NCBI GenBank assembly: GCA_041305745.1 | Contig: JBFYKV010000114.1 | Coordinates: 883 to 64,882 of the forward strand | Direction: 5' to 3' | Source of the DNA: Methanoregulaceae archaeon | GTDB taxonomy: Archaea; Halobacteriota; Methanomicrobia; Methanomicrobiales; Methanospirillaceae | Length of the DNA: 64,000 bases | Part shown: positions 30,729 to 40,514 of the stretch, one piece after another | Position numbering within the stretch: the first letter of the stretch is position 1 | Layout of the letters: every line of letters begins with the position of its first letter | Made by a program: the position numbers and the translations under genes | The notes under the pieces: generated by a model | Told to the model about the DNA's origin: nothing | Database searches by the model: none | What the model saw: only the letters and a program-made list of their open reading frames with translations

Positions 30729-30756
30729 ACGGGAAGGAAACAAAATCAGCCGTCTT

Positions 30757-31359
30757 TTACATTTTTCTGCATACGAGGGCCGCGTGATCGCGGTGATAAG
30801 GTACGATCCATGTCATTGTATCAACAACAAGACCGGCATCCCCGAATTCCTGCCTTACATCCGCAAGCACATCTTCAGGCTGCCGTGTAACATCGATACT
30901 CCTTGTCTTCAGGACTACGATGAGGGTTCCCGATTTTTTAAGGAAGATACTGTTCCGGACCGCAATCTGCGCCTGTTCAGGGCTCGCAACATCCTGGTAC
31001 ACAAGGTCGACCTCTTCGAGGAACGGGGCGTAAGACTCCGGGCGGGTCGCGTCAGCCATGATCGGTACAACATTCTTTCTTCTTTTGGCCACGGCAAGGA
31101 GGTCCTGCATCGGACGGGGCGCAAACTCGACCGCATAGACACATCCGGTATAATCTGCCACATGCGAGACCGTCGTGCCGTTGGCTGCACCAAGGTACAG
31201 CACTTTCATCTCCTTTTCGAGCTCGATGCCCTTTCCAAGGTAATAGAGTGCGGAAAGCTTGCTCCTGTACGGGTCCCATACCCGGTAATCCTGCAGGGTC
31301 TTCTCACCGTAGACTCCCGGCTCTCCCTCTGACACAAGTACCCGGTCTATCCATATCAT
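30757..31359 (-). CDS. flpA: fibrillarin-like rRNA/tRNA 2'-O-methyltransferase
   Basis: 200 aa, RVWDPYRSKLSA...KVLYLGAANGTTVSHVADY. ATGA overlap with nop5. Confidence 0.93.
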   Translation of the reverse strand: MIWIDRVLVSEGEPGVYGEKTLQDYRVWDPYRSKLSALYYLGKGIELEKEMKVLYLGAANGTTVSHVADYTGCVYAVEFAPRPMQDLLAVAKRRKNVVPIMADATRPESYAPFLEEVDLVYQDVASPEQAQIAVRNSIFLKKSGTLIVVLKTRSIDVTRQPEDVLADVRQEFGDAGLVVDTMTWIVPYHRDHAALVCRKM

Positions 31360-32213
31360 GGGGCGACCCCCGCACGGTCTATTGCATCCTGTGCCTTCTG
31401 TATAAATTCAGGGTCGGCTTCCTGACGGTAATAATCGATGCGGGCTGCAATTGCCAGCTTGGCGGCAAGGACCCGGGCCACTCTTCCCCTTATCTCCTTC
31501 GGGGCGTTATGCACCCTCCGGTGCTGAAAGATGATCCCGTGTTTTGGGGGGGGTGTACCTGACCTGATATGGGAAAAAAGTGCCGTCTGCGCTCCGATAA
31601 CCTGTATCGAGCTCGCAGGGATTGCAGCAAGATGCTCCAGACCCCCTGCAAGAGACAGGAGCCGTGCTGCCACGAGTCCCCCGATTAGTGCACTGCTGTT
31701 CGGAAGGACCTGGTCCGCACGGGCCGATACCTCGTACATCAGCGATGTCCTCGCCGATGCCATCCGTTCAATCTCCCCGATAATCATCCGGAACGCACCA
31801 TTATCACTCTTCTTCATGACGACGAGTGCCTTTCTCCCTGACAGCGAGCGGTACTTCCGGGTGAACTTCGGGTTCTGAACCCTGTACCAGTCAACAGCAC
31901 GTTCGGTAAGGAGGTTTATCACCTCGTCCAGCTCGTCAAGCATCCTCACCATCTGGAGGAGTTCGATATCCCGGCCCTGGTAATGCTGCGCAATCTTATA
32001 TTCGGCAATGAAAAAACAGATCTCCCTGAGTTTCTCCAGGTAGTCTTCCCTGTCACGGACTATCCCGTGATCACGGACGCGGGTCCATTCAACCGGGATA
32101 TACGTCTCCATATCGGTATGGGATTCCATAATACGCCGGGCATTCTCCGCGGTACTCCCGGTAAACGGAATATATTCATCGCCCCTGACGTCCCCGAACC
32201 AGTATGACTGCAT
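31356..32213 (-). CDS. nop5: C/D box RNP core protein Nop5 (Nop56/58)
   Basis: 285 aa, GAQTALFSHIRSGTPPPKHGIIFQH...AAKLAIAARIDYY. Confidence 0.9.
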   Translation of the reverse strand: MQSYWFGDVRGDEYIPFTGSTAENARRIMESHTDMETYIPVEWTRVRDHGIVRDREDYLEKLREICFFIAEYKIAQHYQGRDIELLQMVRMLDELDEVINLLTERAVDWYRVQNPKFTRKYRSLSGRKALVVMKKSDNGAFRMIIGEIERMASARTSLMYEVSARADQVLPNSSALIGGLVAARLLSLAGGLEHLAAIPASSIQVIGAQTALFSHIRSGTPPPKHGIIFQHRRVHNAPKEIRGRVARVLAAKLAIAARIDYYRQEADPEFIQKAQDAIDRAGVAP

Positions 32214-32324
32214 CTGATTACGTAATTTTCATGCACTCTGTATTCATAGTTCCCCTGCTCCCCGGAATATTCCCTTCTCAATTCACCCTTACCTGTTCAC
32301 CGCTGAACCGGCATTCTCAGGTTA

Positions 32325-33533
32325 TCATAGTACGACCTGGAACGAGTACAGGACTACCGGGACCATGATTGCACCCATACAGAAGACCCGGGGGATATTC
32401 ACGAGGCAGGGGATAAGCCCGGCAAGAGTGGCCAGTACCAGTACGAAAGCGCCGAACGGACCTGTAAGAATTACACTGGCTGCGACCACAAAGGCAATTA
32501 CCAGTAAGTTCAGTTTTTTTCGTTCTATTCCTGCCATAAAGCCGGCACCGCCTGCACACCGGACCGTTATGATATAGGCAAGACAGGCCGCCACGGTTCC
32601 CGCGGCCAGGAGCGCCCCGAATACAGGGGCTTCTATCATCGAAAGCGCCACCATGACCCCGTTCCTGGTCCTGCCGATAGCGTAAAATGCGGCTATTCCA
32701 AGAAACGCATTTGCAGTATTCGCAGCACCGGTCGCAAGAATGAAGCCTCTCCGCTCCCGGTCATACGTAACGGCCGATGCAAGAACCGCATTTGCAGTGG
32801 CATTGGAAAGTCCGGGGAGCCACCCGACCGCCGCACCGGCAACCGTCCCAAGGACTGCGCCCTTCCCTATCTCCTTTCCTCCCATCCGGATCCCGGAATA
32901 TCGTTGTAGCGGCATAGGTCCTGATGCTGCCCCCAGCAGGAGGGGGATCCCGAATAATCCGGCAAGGAGGGGCATGAGGAGTGACGATACCCCGCAGACC
33001 CCTGATCCGAGGTACGTGAAATGGAGGGTGAAAGTCCCGAGAATACCGCAGACGAGAAAGAGGGCAAGGTTCCACCCCGGCGATTCCCCGCTCACGATAA
33101 GGTACCCGGCTACTGCTATGATGAGAATCCCCACCCACCAGTCTATGACCCCCTGCAGGGGCGGGAAAACAAGGGACAGTGCGACTGCGAAAGGAACCGC
33201 AACCGCCGCCCCGAGTGCACTGCCGAGGGCGGATATCCTGACTGCCTCCTCCCCGTGCCCTTCCATGCAGAGTGCGTGGGCCGGGAGTACTGACAGCGCC
33301 GTGTCAGGGTCAGGGATGCCAAGAAAGGTGCTCGGCACCGAATCGAGAAATGTATGGGTCACAAGGGCGGCTATCATTATCGCCGCAAGTATTTCGGGGC
33401 CCAGGACCGGGATAAGGACGAACTGGAACCCGAGCAGCACACCTGCAAACGTGTTTACATGGATGCCCGGGACAAGTCCGCTTATTGTACCGAGTACGAC
33501 ACCAATAAGCGTCCCTGCAAGGATCCCGATCAT
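32325..33533 (-). CDS. TctA-family (DUF112) polytopic membrane protein
   Basis: 402 aa with about 10 TM segments and an N-terminal GLVPGIHVNT motif. Confidence 0.6.
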   Translation of the reverse strand: MIGILAGTLIGVVLGTISGLVPGIHVNTFAGVLLGFQFVLIPVLGPEILAAIMIAALVTHTFLDSVPSTFLGIPDPDTALSVLPAHALCMEGHGEEAVRISALGSALGAAVAVPFAVALSLVFPPLQGVIDWWVGILIIAVAGYLIVSGESPGWNLALFLVCGILGTFTLHFTYLGSGVCGVSSLLMPLLAGLFGIPLLLGAASGPMPLQRYSGIRMGGKEIGKGAVLGTVAGAAVGWLPGLSNATANAVLASAVTYDRERRGFILATGAANTANAFLGIAAFYAIGRTRNGVMVALSMIEAPVFGALLAAGTVAACLAYIITVRCAGGAGFMAGIERKKLNLLVIAFVVAASVILTGPFGAFVLVLATLAGLIPCLVNIPRVFCMGAIMVPVVLYSFQVVL

Positions 33534-33616
33534 CGCTCGCCAGAAATCTGCGGGGGATCAACATAAATCAATCGAAAAAGATATAATTTTATCAAGCCTG
33601 AGGAGCCGGACACCCG

Positions 33617-34306
33617 ATGAAGATAGCCATAACCCGTTTGAAGGGAAAGGAAACAGACGATGCGGCACGCTGCCTGGTCTTCGGTCACGAGTGCTACCGC
33701 GTAAGCCCGTTGCAGGCGGCCGTTGCCGGGGAGATGGTTGAAGCGTTTGTCAGTGCGGTTGAGAGGAATGAATTCGACTGCATTTTTTTCACGAGCGCAC
33801 TGCCTGCAAAATTAATCGCACCACTCCTCCCGCACTGGCCGCGTGTCGTTGCCATCGGACCGCAGACGAGAAAGACGTTACGTGCGTCAGGTATTGAGAG
33901 CGAGGTGCTCCCGGCCTTTTACTCGCGTGATTTCGTTCCCTACCTTGGCAACTGGATCCGGGGACGGCGTATCGGGATACCGCGGGCCGATGTCCCTAAT
34001 CCTGCGCTTCTTCTGGCGATCGAACAGGCGGGTGGTGTCGCAACCGAATTCCGGTGTTACTCACTCGAACCAACCGGTGTGACCCTCGACCTCCGGACCG
34101 CAGATGCGGTCCTCTTCACGAGTGCGATGTCGTTTTCATCTGCGCTCTGGGAGAAGCGCCAGGATCTCATCATCATGGCGATCGGTGATATCACCGCTGC
34201 AGCTATGGCCAGGGAAGGGACGGTTCCCGACGTGGTCGGAGACGGATCACTTGAAGGATGCCTTAACGCATTAAACGAATACGAGAACGATCGTAAAGGG
34301 ATATAA
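33617..34306 (+). CDS. hemD: uroporphyrinogen-III synthase
   Basis: 229 aa, MKIAITRLKGKE...DCIFFTSALPAK...AVLFTSAMS (HEM4 two-lobe pattern). Confidence 0.75.
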   Translation: MKIAITRLKGKETDDAARCLVFGHECYRVSPLQAAVAGEMVEAFVSAVERNEFDCIFFTSALPAKLIAPLLPHWPRVVAIGPQTRKTLRASGIESEVLPAFYSRDFVPYLGNWIRGRRIGIPRADVPNPALLLAIEQAGGVATEFRCYSLEPTGVTLDLRTADAVLFTSAMSFSSALWEKRQDLIIMAIGDITAAAMAREGTVPDVVGDGSLEGCLNALNEYENDRKGI

Positions 34307-34365
34307 TTCACATCACTGACCGTGAACCGGAATAAGGCAGATACACTCACAGGACCTCTACAAAA

Positions 34366-35286
34366 ATGGATAAAAAACTTATCGAAAAACCAGGAATCGT
34401 GGTGATAGACAAACCACGCGGGCCAACCAGTCACCAGGTCACTGCATGGGCCGGGGAGATCCTTGGCTCACAGGTCGGCCATTCAGGAACCCTTGACCCG
34501 CAGGTATCGGGAGTGCTGGTGGTCATGCTCGGCAATGCCGTCCGGCTTGCACCCCTCCTCTTAAAAGAAGAGAAAGAATATGTTGCCCTGCTCCGTCTCC
34601 ACGGCGATGTCCCGGCCGAAAAGGTCCATGAAGCGGCTGCACTTTTCACCGGAAGGACGTACCAGCGTCCGCCGAGGAGGAGTGCCGTTGCCCGGAACCT
34701 TCGCATCAGGACTATCCATTCCCTTGATATCCTCGATATTGACGACCGTCTTGTGCTGATAAAGGTCCACTGTGAAGCAGGGACCTATATCCGCTCACTG
34801 TGCCACCACATGGGCCTTGCACTTGGTGTCGGCGGGCACATGCAGGAGTTGCGGCGTACCCGCTCGGGCAGGCTGACCGAGGCTGACGCACATACGCTCC
34901 ATGACCTGCGGGATGCCGCAGAACTGGCAGCCGCGGGGGACAGGGGCCCTCTTGAAAAGATGGTGCTGCCAGTGGAATCTGTTGCGATACACCTTCCCAC
35001 CGTGGTGATCCGGGACACTGCAGTAGATGCACTCTGTCACGGGGCCCGCCTTGCAGCCGCCGGCATCATCAGCTGCACCCCGTTCGAGAAGAGAGCAGAG
35101 GTTGCAGTAATGACCCGGAACGATGAACTTCTCTGCCTCGGATCAGCCCTTGTATCATCCAAATCGCTGACACCGGGGGCTCACGGGCTGGTGGTGGCGC
35201 CACACACCGTGTTCATGCAGCCCGGGACCTATCCTCGCGGGTGGAAAAAAAGGGACCATTCCCAAAACAAAGAGATTAAATCCTGA
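34366..35286 (+). CDS. cbf5: H/ACA RNP pseudouridine synthase Cbf5 (TruB family, with PUA domain)
   Basis: 306 aa, VVIDKPRGPTSHQVTAWAGEILGSQVGHSGTLDPQVSGVL (catalytic Asp motif), KEYVALLRLHGDV, C-terminal PUA domain. Confidence 0.9.
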   Translation: MDKKLIEKPGIVVIDKPRGPTSHQVTAWAGEILGSQVGHSGTLDPQVSGVLVVMLGNAVRLAPLLLKEEKEYVALLRLHGDVPAEKVHEAAALFTGRTYQRPPRRSAVARNLRIRTIHSLDILDIDDRLVLIKVHCEAGTYIRSLCHHMGLALGVGGHMQELRRTRSGRLTEADAHTLHDLRDAAELAAAGDRGPLEKMVLPVESVAIHLPTVVIRDTAVDALCHGARLAAAGIISCTPFEKRAEVAVMTRNDELLCLGSALVSSKSLTPGAHGLVVAPHTVFMQPGTYPRGWKKRDHSQNKEIKS

Positions 35287-35392
35287 TTTAGTATCCCGGT
35301 ACGCCCCGTTACACGGTTTTTTCCAAAATTTTTGAACTCTGATGGGATAGGATTAAAAAAAACGGCATACAATACTATGGATACACTTTCCT

Positions 35393-35476
35393 GCTGAGGT
35401 AGTCTAGTGGTAGGGCGCAGGCCTGGAAAGCCTGTGGGGCATTTGCCCCTCGGGAGTTCAAGTCTCCCCCTCAGCG
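35393..35476 (+). tRNA. tRNA-Ser (anticodon GGA)
   Basis: Hand fold. Acceptor GCUGAGG/CCUCAGC, anticodon arm CAGGC-CUGGAAA-GCCUG, long variable arm UGGGGCAUUUGCCCCUC, T arm GGGAG-UUCAAGU-CUCCC. Confidence 0.88.
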
Positions 35477-35526
35477 TTCTTTTATCCCGTTTAAAATCCT
35501 GGCGGATACCCACGTTTCTGTGTTCT

Positions 35527-36264
35527 CTACGGACCTGGTGGACCGGCCCTGCTTTCCCCGAGCCGTGCCTTTGCAAACTCGTAATAGTCTTCCACGACTT
35601 CAAAGCCGAGGAACCGCCGCCCGAGTTCCCTTGAAACAACGGCAACCGTTCCCGATCCAAGGAACGGGTCAAGGACAATATCGCCGGGATTGCTTGAAAA
35701 TTTCAGTATTTTTCGCACCAGTTCGGAAGGAAGCTTGGTAGGGGTCTTTTGTTTCCCCTTCCAGTACTCGCGTTTGATTAACCAGACGTCTTCAGGATAG
35801 TGCTCGACTTTATTGAAGGTATAGGAAAGCGGATTTTTGACAGCGTAGATAATATGGTAGTGGCTGGTCACGAATTTTTTCCGGGTAAAGACCCCGAACT
35901 GGTATTTCCAGATGATATGATTCAGCGTCACAAACCCGGCATCATCGACGGCCTCAAGGACGTCCCGCAGGCGGTTCCACCCCGAAAAGACATACATGCT
36001 TCCTCCCGGGGATAATACACGGTACGCCTCTCTCACCCATTCCTGCATAAAGTCCCGGTAGTCTTCGCCTGGAATCTCCCGGTAGCCTTCGAGGACGTTT
36101 CCCCCGGTACGGTTATAATTTAGCTTTTTTGCCCGGAAATCAATGGCAAAAGGGGGATCGGTGATGATTAAATCGATGCTTCCTGCAGGAATGTCCCGCA
36201 GGTACACCAGTGCATCACCATGGTGGATCGAATCGGGTTCGAACGGACCGAGCCGGGTGCTCAT
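35527..36264 (-). CDS. beta-class DNA methyltransferase (N6-adenine or N4-cytosine)
   Basis: Motif IV IITDPPF precedes motif I LDPFLGSGTVAV. The start is set at the second ATG (36264), which makes an ATGA overlap with the iorB stop. The ORF-track start 36288 would overlap iorB by 28 nt. Confidence 0.8.
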   Translation of the reverse strand: MSTRLGPFEPDSIHHGDALVYLRDIPAGSIDLIITDPPFAIDFRAKKLNYNRTGGNVLEGYREIPGEDYRDFMQEWVREAYRVLSPGGSMYVFSGWNRLRDVLEAVDDAGFVTLNHIIWKYQFGVFTRKKFVTSHYHIIYAVKNPLSYTFNKVEHYPEDVWLIKREYWKGKQKTPTKLPSELVRKILKFSSNPGDIVLDPFLGSGTVAVVSRELGRRFLGFEVVEDYYEFAKARLGESRAGPPGP

Positions 36265-36866
36265 TCCGACCTTTGGCTGTTTTCGCATTCCATGCCCGCA
36301 GCACGTCCGATATCAAAGGCTTTCTGGTTGACCTCAACAGTTTTTGGCGGTACGAGTTTCGCAACCGCCGCCCGGAGTGATTCTGTCTTTAACGGGATGC
36401 TGTTTGATGCCGCACCCATCATCACGACATTTCTTGAAAGAATGCTTCCTGCTTCCAGTGCAAGCTGGTCGGCCTCGATGTAACAGGTATTCCGGATGTC
36501 AAGCCGCTTTTGTATCTCCGCTGCCTCGGGCAGCTGTGCACCCTGCGTATACACTGACGTCGGGATGACCATGGCGCAGTTGGTAAATATTTCGCCCCCG
36601 GCTTTGAGATAGTGGGCGTACCGGAGCGCTTCAAGCAGGTCAAACGAGATGAGAAGATCTGCAGTCCCGGGTGCGATCAAAGGCCCGAACATGCCGTCAA
36701 TCCTGATATGGCTCTCAACTGAACCTCCCCTCTGGGCCATCCCGTGCGTCTCGGCACCCTTTACCGGGCGGCCCTCGATAAGGCATGCTTCCCCGAGTAT
36801 GTTTGAGGCGAGGATCGTACCCTGGCCTCCGATTCCGACGATAAGAATATCGTATCCGGCTTTCAT
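36261..36866 (-). CDS. iorB: indolepyruvate ferredoxin oxidoreductase subunit beta
   Basis: ORF-track frame trimmed to MKAGYDILIVGIGGQGTILASNILGEA... (201 aa). ATGA overlap with the iorA stop. Confidence 0.88.
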   Translation of the reverse strand: MKAGYDILIVGIGGQGTILASNILGEACLIEGRPVKGAETHGMAQRGGSVESHIRIDGMFGPLIAPGTADLLISFDLLEALRYAHYLKAGGEIFTNCAMVIPTSVYTQGAQLPEAAEIQKRLDIRNTCYIEADQLALEAGSILSRNVVMMGAASNSIPLKTESLRAAVAKLVPPKTVEVNQKAFDIGRAAGMECENSQRSE

Positions 36867-38632
36867 CTCCCGGCCTCCCTGTGAATTGCAGCTGCCGGGC
36901 AGATATGTGAACATACACCGCAACCGCTGCACAAATCGTTGATATGCGCTTTTTCATTGATCCGCTCGATAGCAGGGCAGCCGAATTTAATGCAGAGCCC
37001 GCATGACGTACAGGCATCCGGATCGACCTGGTAATGTCCCCGCTTTAAGCCCGCTCTCCGGGCGGTAATCACGCAGGCCTGCCGGGCGATGATAACCTTC
37101 ACGCCGGGCCGCTCTTTTGCATCCCTGAGCGCTGCGGTAAGTCCTACAAGGTCGTACGGGTCGACCGTCTCCACGAAGGACACGCCGCATGCCCTGCATA
37201 TCGCCTCGAGGGATACCGGGGGGGCAGGGACACCGACTGCAGTCAGGCCGGTGGTCGGGTTCGGCTGGTGGCCGGTCATCGCGGTTATCCTGTTGTCGAG
37301 GATGACAAGGATCATCTTCGCCCCGTTATATACCGCATTGAGCAGTCCCTGTATGCCCGTGTGAAGAAACGTCGAGTCCCCGATTGTCGCAACAATGTCA
37401 CGTTCCTCGCCTGAGTGCATAATCCCGCTCGCAACCGTCACCGACGCACCCATACAGATGGTCGTGTCTACCGCCCCGAGCTGGAGGCCCAGCGTGTAAC
37501 ACCCTATGTCGCTTGGGAATATGCCATCTTTAAAGACTTTTTTCATTGCATAAAAGACGGCCCGGTGCATACAGCCTGCACACAGGATTGGCGGCCGTGG
37601 CGGGACCTCTGCTGCCGGGGTGGGCGCAGGAAATTTAATTGCTGTCTCAAACCCGCACGAATTAAAAATACGGGCTGTCGCAGCACCTGACAGCTCACCT
37701 TCATACGGGGAGTGCCCGTCGATCTTTCCATACACTGTCACGTTCCCTGCCACCTGCCTGACAACTTCCTCAACAACAGGTGCGAGCTCCTCTACCACGA
37801 GCACTTCGCGGTGCATGCGGACAAATTCTTTCAGCCACTCCTCATCAACCGGGTATGCCCCGATTTTCATGAATGAAACATCCCGGGGAAGGATTTCCTG
37901 CACATATGCCGCAGCAATGCCGCTTGCAATGACTGCCTTTTCGCCCCTTACCGAGCAGGTATTGTACCCTAGTTCTACGAGCCGTTTTTTAATTGCAGGC
38001 TGCTTTTCATTCAGTTTCTTGTGAAGGACACGGGTATGCGCAGGTATTACCACGTACTGGCGCGGGTCCCGGGTAAACTCCCCCTTCCGGATTGCAGTGC
38101 TGATATCCCCGAGGACCACGTCGCCCTTGGAATGGCAGATCCGTGTCGTAGGGCGGAAAATGACAGGGAGTTTAAATTCCTCTGAAAGCCGGAACGCGTT
38201 CTTTACCATGTCGTGCGCTTCCTGTACGCTGGAGGGGTCGAGACACGGGATCCGGGCAAAATGCGCATAGCACCTGCTGTCCTGTTCATTTTGTGAGCTG
38301 TGTGCATACGGGTCATCTGCGCTCATTATGACGAGTCCTCCCGTCACACCCGTGTATGCGCTGGTCATAAGAGGATCGGCGGCCACGTTCAGCCCGACGT
38401 GTTTCATGGTACAGAGCGCCCTTACTCCGCACCACGCGGCCCCGAGAGCACATTCAAGCGCGACCTTCTCATTCACCGACCATTCGACATAATAGGTGCG
38501 CTCGCGCTGCACCCGGAGCACGTCTATCACTTCTGACGACGGTGTGCCCGGATAACCGCAGGCAACATCAAATGATGATTCCAGGCACCCGTGTGCAATG
38601 GCTTCATTTCCCAGGAGATATCGTGTTTGCAT
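36863..38632 (-). CDS. iorA: indolepyruvate ferredoxin oxidoreductase subunit alpha
   Basis: 589 aa. TPP motif GDSTFLHTG...NNRITAMTGHQ and C-terminal 2x[4Fe-4S] CTSCGLCIKFGCP / CSGCGVCSHICP. Confidence 0.92.
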   Translation of the reverse strand: MQTRYLLGNEAIAHGCLESSFDVACGYPGTPSSEVIDVLRVQRERTYYVEWSVNEKVALECALGAAWCGVRALCTMKHVGLNVAADPLMTSAYTGVTGGLVIMSADDPYAHSSQNEQDSRCYAHFARIPCLDPSSVQEAHDMVKNAFRLSEEFKLPVIFRPTTRICHSKGDVVLGDISTAIRKGEFTRDPRQYVVIPAHTRVLHKKLNEKQPAIKKRLVELGYNTCSVRGEKAVIASGIAAAYVQEILPRDVSFMKIGAYPVDEEWLKEFVRMHREVLVVEELAPVVEEVVRQVAGNVTVYGKIDGHSPYEGELSGAATARIFNSCGFETAIKFPAPTPAAEVPPRPPILCAGCMHRAVFYAMKKVFKDGIFPSDIGCYTLGLQLGAVDTTICMGASVTVASGIMHSGEERDIVATIGDSTFLHTGIQGLLNAVYNGAKMILVILDNRITAMTGHQPNPTTGLTAVGVPAPPVSLEAICRACGVSFVETVDPYDLVGLTAALRDAKERPGVKVIIARQACVITARRAGLKRGHYQVDPDACTSCGLCIKFGCPAIERINEKAHINDLCSGCGVCSHICPAAAIHREAGR

Positions 38633-38765
38633 GTTCCTTTTCCGTGAACTTTGTTAAGATTGTGTACTTTTGTTCTCTGCATTTAATCTAATGTGTTGAT
38701 CTGTCTTCGGCCATCAATTCAAAACCTATAAAAACTCATATGGGTTATTTAATACGGCAACTCGT

Positions 38766-38839
38766 GGGCCCGTAGCATAGCTAGGTGGTGCGCCCGGCTG
38801 ATAACCGGGAGGTCATGTGTTCGAATCACATCGGGCCCA
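38766..38839 (+). tRNA. tRNA-Ile (anticodon GAT)
   Basis: Hand fold. Acceptor GGGCCCG/CGGGCCC, anticodon arm CCCGG-CUGAUAA-CCGGG, T arm AUGUG-UUCGAAU-CACAU, discriminator A. Confidence 0.88.
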
Positions 38840-38880
38840 TTTCACTATTTTATTATACGTTTCAGCTGCAACCTGTCATC

Positions 38881-39336
38881 ATGGATAAAAACCAGAAAAT
38901 TATGCTGGTAGTCGGGCTCGTCATTACGGGGGCACTTCTTTTTTACAACATCTATCTCGGACTGATCGCCCTCATCATTCTTGGTGCACTTATCATGTCG
39001 TTCCGGATCATGAGCGACAGTGTACAGACCCCTGACATGGTGGCCTTCCTTAGTGAAGACGCAAAAAGCCTGGTCGTACGAAATGTAGGGAATTCAGGGG
39101 CATATTCCATACACGTATCGCTGGTCCCCCACAACATCGAGTATGATATCGCATCACTTGAGCCGGATGCCCGGAGCACCCATACGTTCGAAGAGATGAT
39201 CTCTGAAGCAAAGGCTGTTGTAAGGTATAAAAATCAAAAAGGTGAGGAATTCAGCCGGTCAATACGCCTTTCAGCCCTCGGCGGGGATGAAGACGATATT
39301 CTTAAACCTGTCTTCCCGCTTTTTAAATGGAAATAA
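38881..39336 (+). CDS. hypothetical membrane protein (2 TM + small soluble domain)
   Basis: ORF-track frame 38785..39336 begins inside tRNA-Ile, so it is trimmed to MDKNQKIMLVVGLVITGALLFYNIYLGLIALIILGALIMSF... (151 aa). I recognise no family. Confidence 0.45.
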   Translation: MDKNQKIMLVVGLVITGALLFYNIYLGLIALIILGALIMSFRIMSDSVQTPDMVAFLSEDAKSLVVRNVGNSGAYSIHVSLVPHNIEYDIASLEPDARSTHTFEEMISEAKAVVRYKNQKGEEFSRSIRLSALGGDEDDILKPVFPLFKWK

Positions 39337-39345
39337 AATTAGGGA

Positions 39346-39873
39346 TTATTTATCAGGAAAAACAAATTCTATCGTTTTTTCAAGTGATTCCACAAGTTTC
39401 TCGTGCCCTTCCAGGTAATCGTGGACTGCCCGGTAGAGCATGAACATCACCTCAAAGCCGTATATGGTAAGTGCTTCCTGTGCCGTGACCGGGTTTAAAT
39501 AGGAGTCGACAATAAAGCCATCCGAACTGTACATAAGTTCATATAATTTTCCTTCTTCCGAAAGGACGCAGAACTGGTCGGTTACTTTTTTACTGATGTC
39601 ATCAGGCCTGAATTCGACTGCTTCCGCCTTGCCGAGGACAATCATCTTCTCCTGATAAAAGACCGAGTCATAGAGTTCTCCCTTTGTATCCTGCTTGCCC
39701 TTGTCAAGCATGTTCAGCCCGATCTTTTCTATTACCGGTACCGTTAATTCAGCCATCCGCGAAAGGAGTTCGGCATCAGCCTTTCTTACCTGTACGGAAA
39801 GGTCGGCCTCTTTTTTCTCATACTGGCTGACCTTTTCAAGCATTTTATTGAATCCTGCTTCGATTTCGTCCAT
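39346..39873 (-). CDS. hypothetical cytoplasmic protein
   Basis: 175 aa with a coiled-coil-like N-terminus (MLEKVSQYEKKEADLSVQVRKADAELLSRMAEL). I recognise no family. Confidence 0.4.
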   Translation of the reverse strand: MDEIEAGFNKMLEKVSQYEKKEADLSVQVRKADAELLSRMAELTVPVIEKIGLNMLDKGKQDTKGELYDSVFYQEKMIVLGKAEAVEFRPDDISKKVTDQFCVLSEEGKLYELMYSSDGFIVDSYLNPVTAQEALTIYGFEVMFMLYRAVHDYLEGHEKLVESLEKTIEFVFPDK

Positions 39874-40473
39874 GAATGCTCCCCCTCATCCGTTATCCCG
39901 GAAGAGGTGTCTTTTTACGAACTGATTGTAAAGAACGTGCCCACAGTCAATAATATTTACGTATACCGGCTAAAACAGGTCATAAACCATATAATGCTAT
40001 ACGCTAAACCTGTTCCCTGCCAGACCGTGACCACCCGGGATCTCCTCAATAAAATAACAAAAAAACCTCATGGAGAACATTAAAACCGTATTTCAGGTTC
40101 TGTTGAAACGGAGATGACCCGGTAAGGTTCACTCCGGAACCATGAAAATGTCCATTCAAAATCTCCTTCTATTGTGGGTTGTCCCTCTATTTTGATAGGA
40201 AATCCCCATTTTGATAAAACCTGTTTGATCAATTTCTCTGACGGGAGGGGTTCTCACCCCTCCCTGCCCCACCCCACTAAAGATATCAGGTGGGCAGGGT
40301 TGATACGGAACCCGGATTTTTCACAATAAGAGAGCACGGTCCCTGTCGCAGTATGGGGGGCCACACAACGGCGGGGCATCAGCCCCGGGTGTGTCGTGAT
40401 GTGGAGTGCGGAGGGAGAGGTGTAGGGAGATTACGGGAAGGGTTTCAATAAAGCAGTGTTTTAAAAAAGTCCG

Positions 40474-40514
40474 TTCTGCCGGTGCTGGAACAGACGGTAC
40501 GGCAGAAAAAAGAG
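40474..40514 (-). terminator. hairpin flanked by oligo-T, putative terminator of the methylthiotransferase gene
   Basis: The minus strand reads CTCTTTTTTCTGCC...GGCAGAACGGACTTTTTT. The TTCTGCC/GGCAGAA stem has T6 runs on both sides and lies about 50 nt after the stop at 40561. Confidence 0.4.

Noticed and set aside
32740-33741. 333-aa + strand ORF.
   Set aside because: Antisense shadow of the TctA-family membrane protein gene; Arg/Pro/Ser/Thr-rich, and it would also run into hemD.
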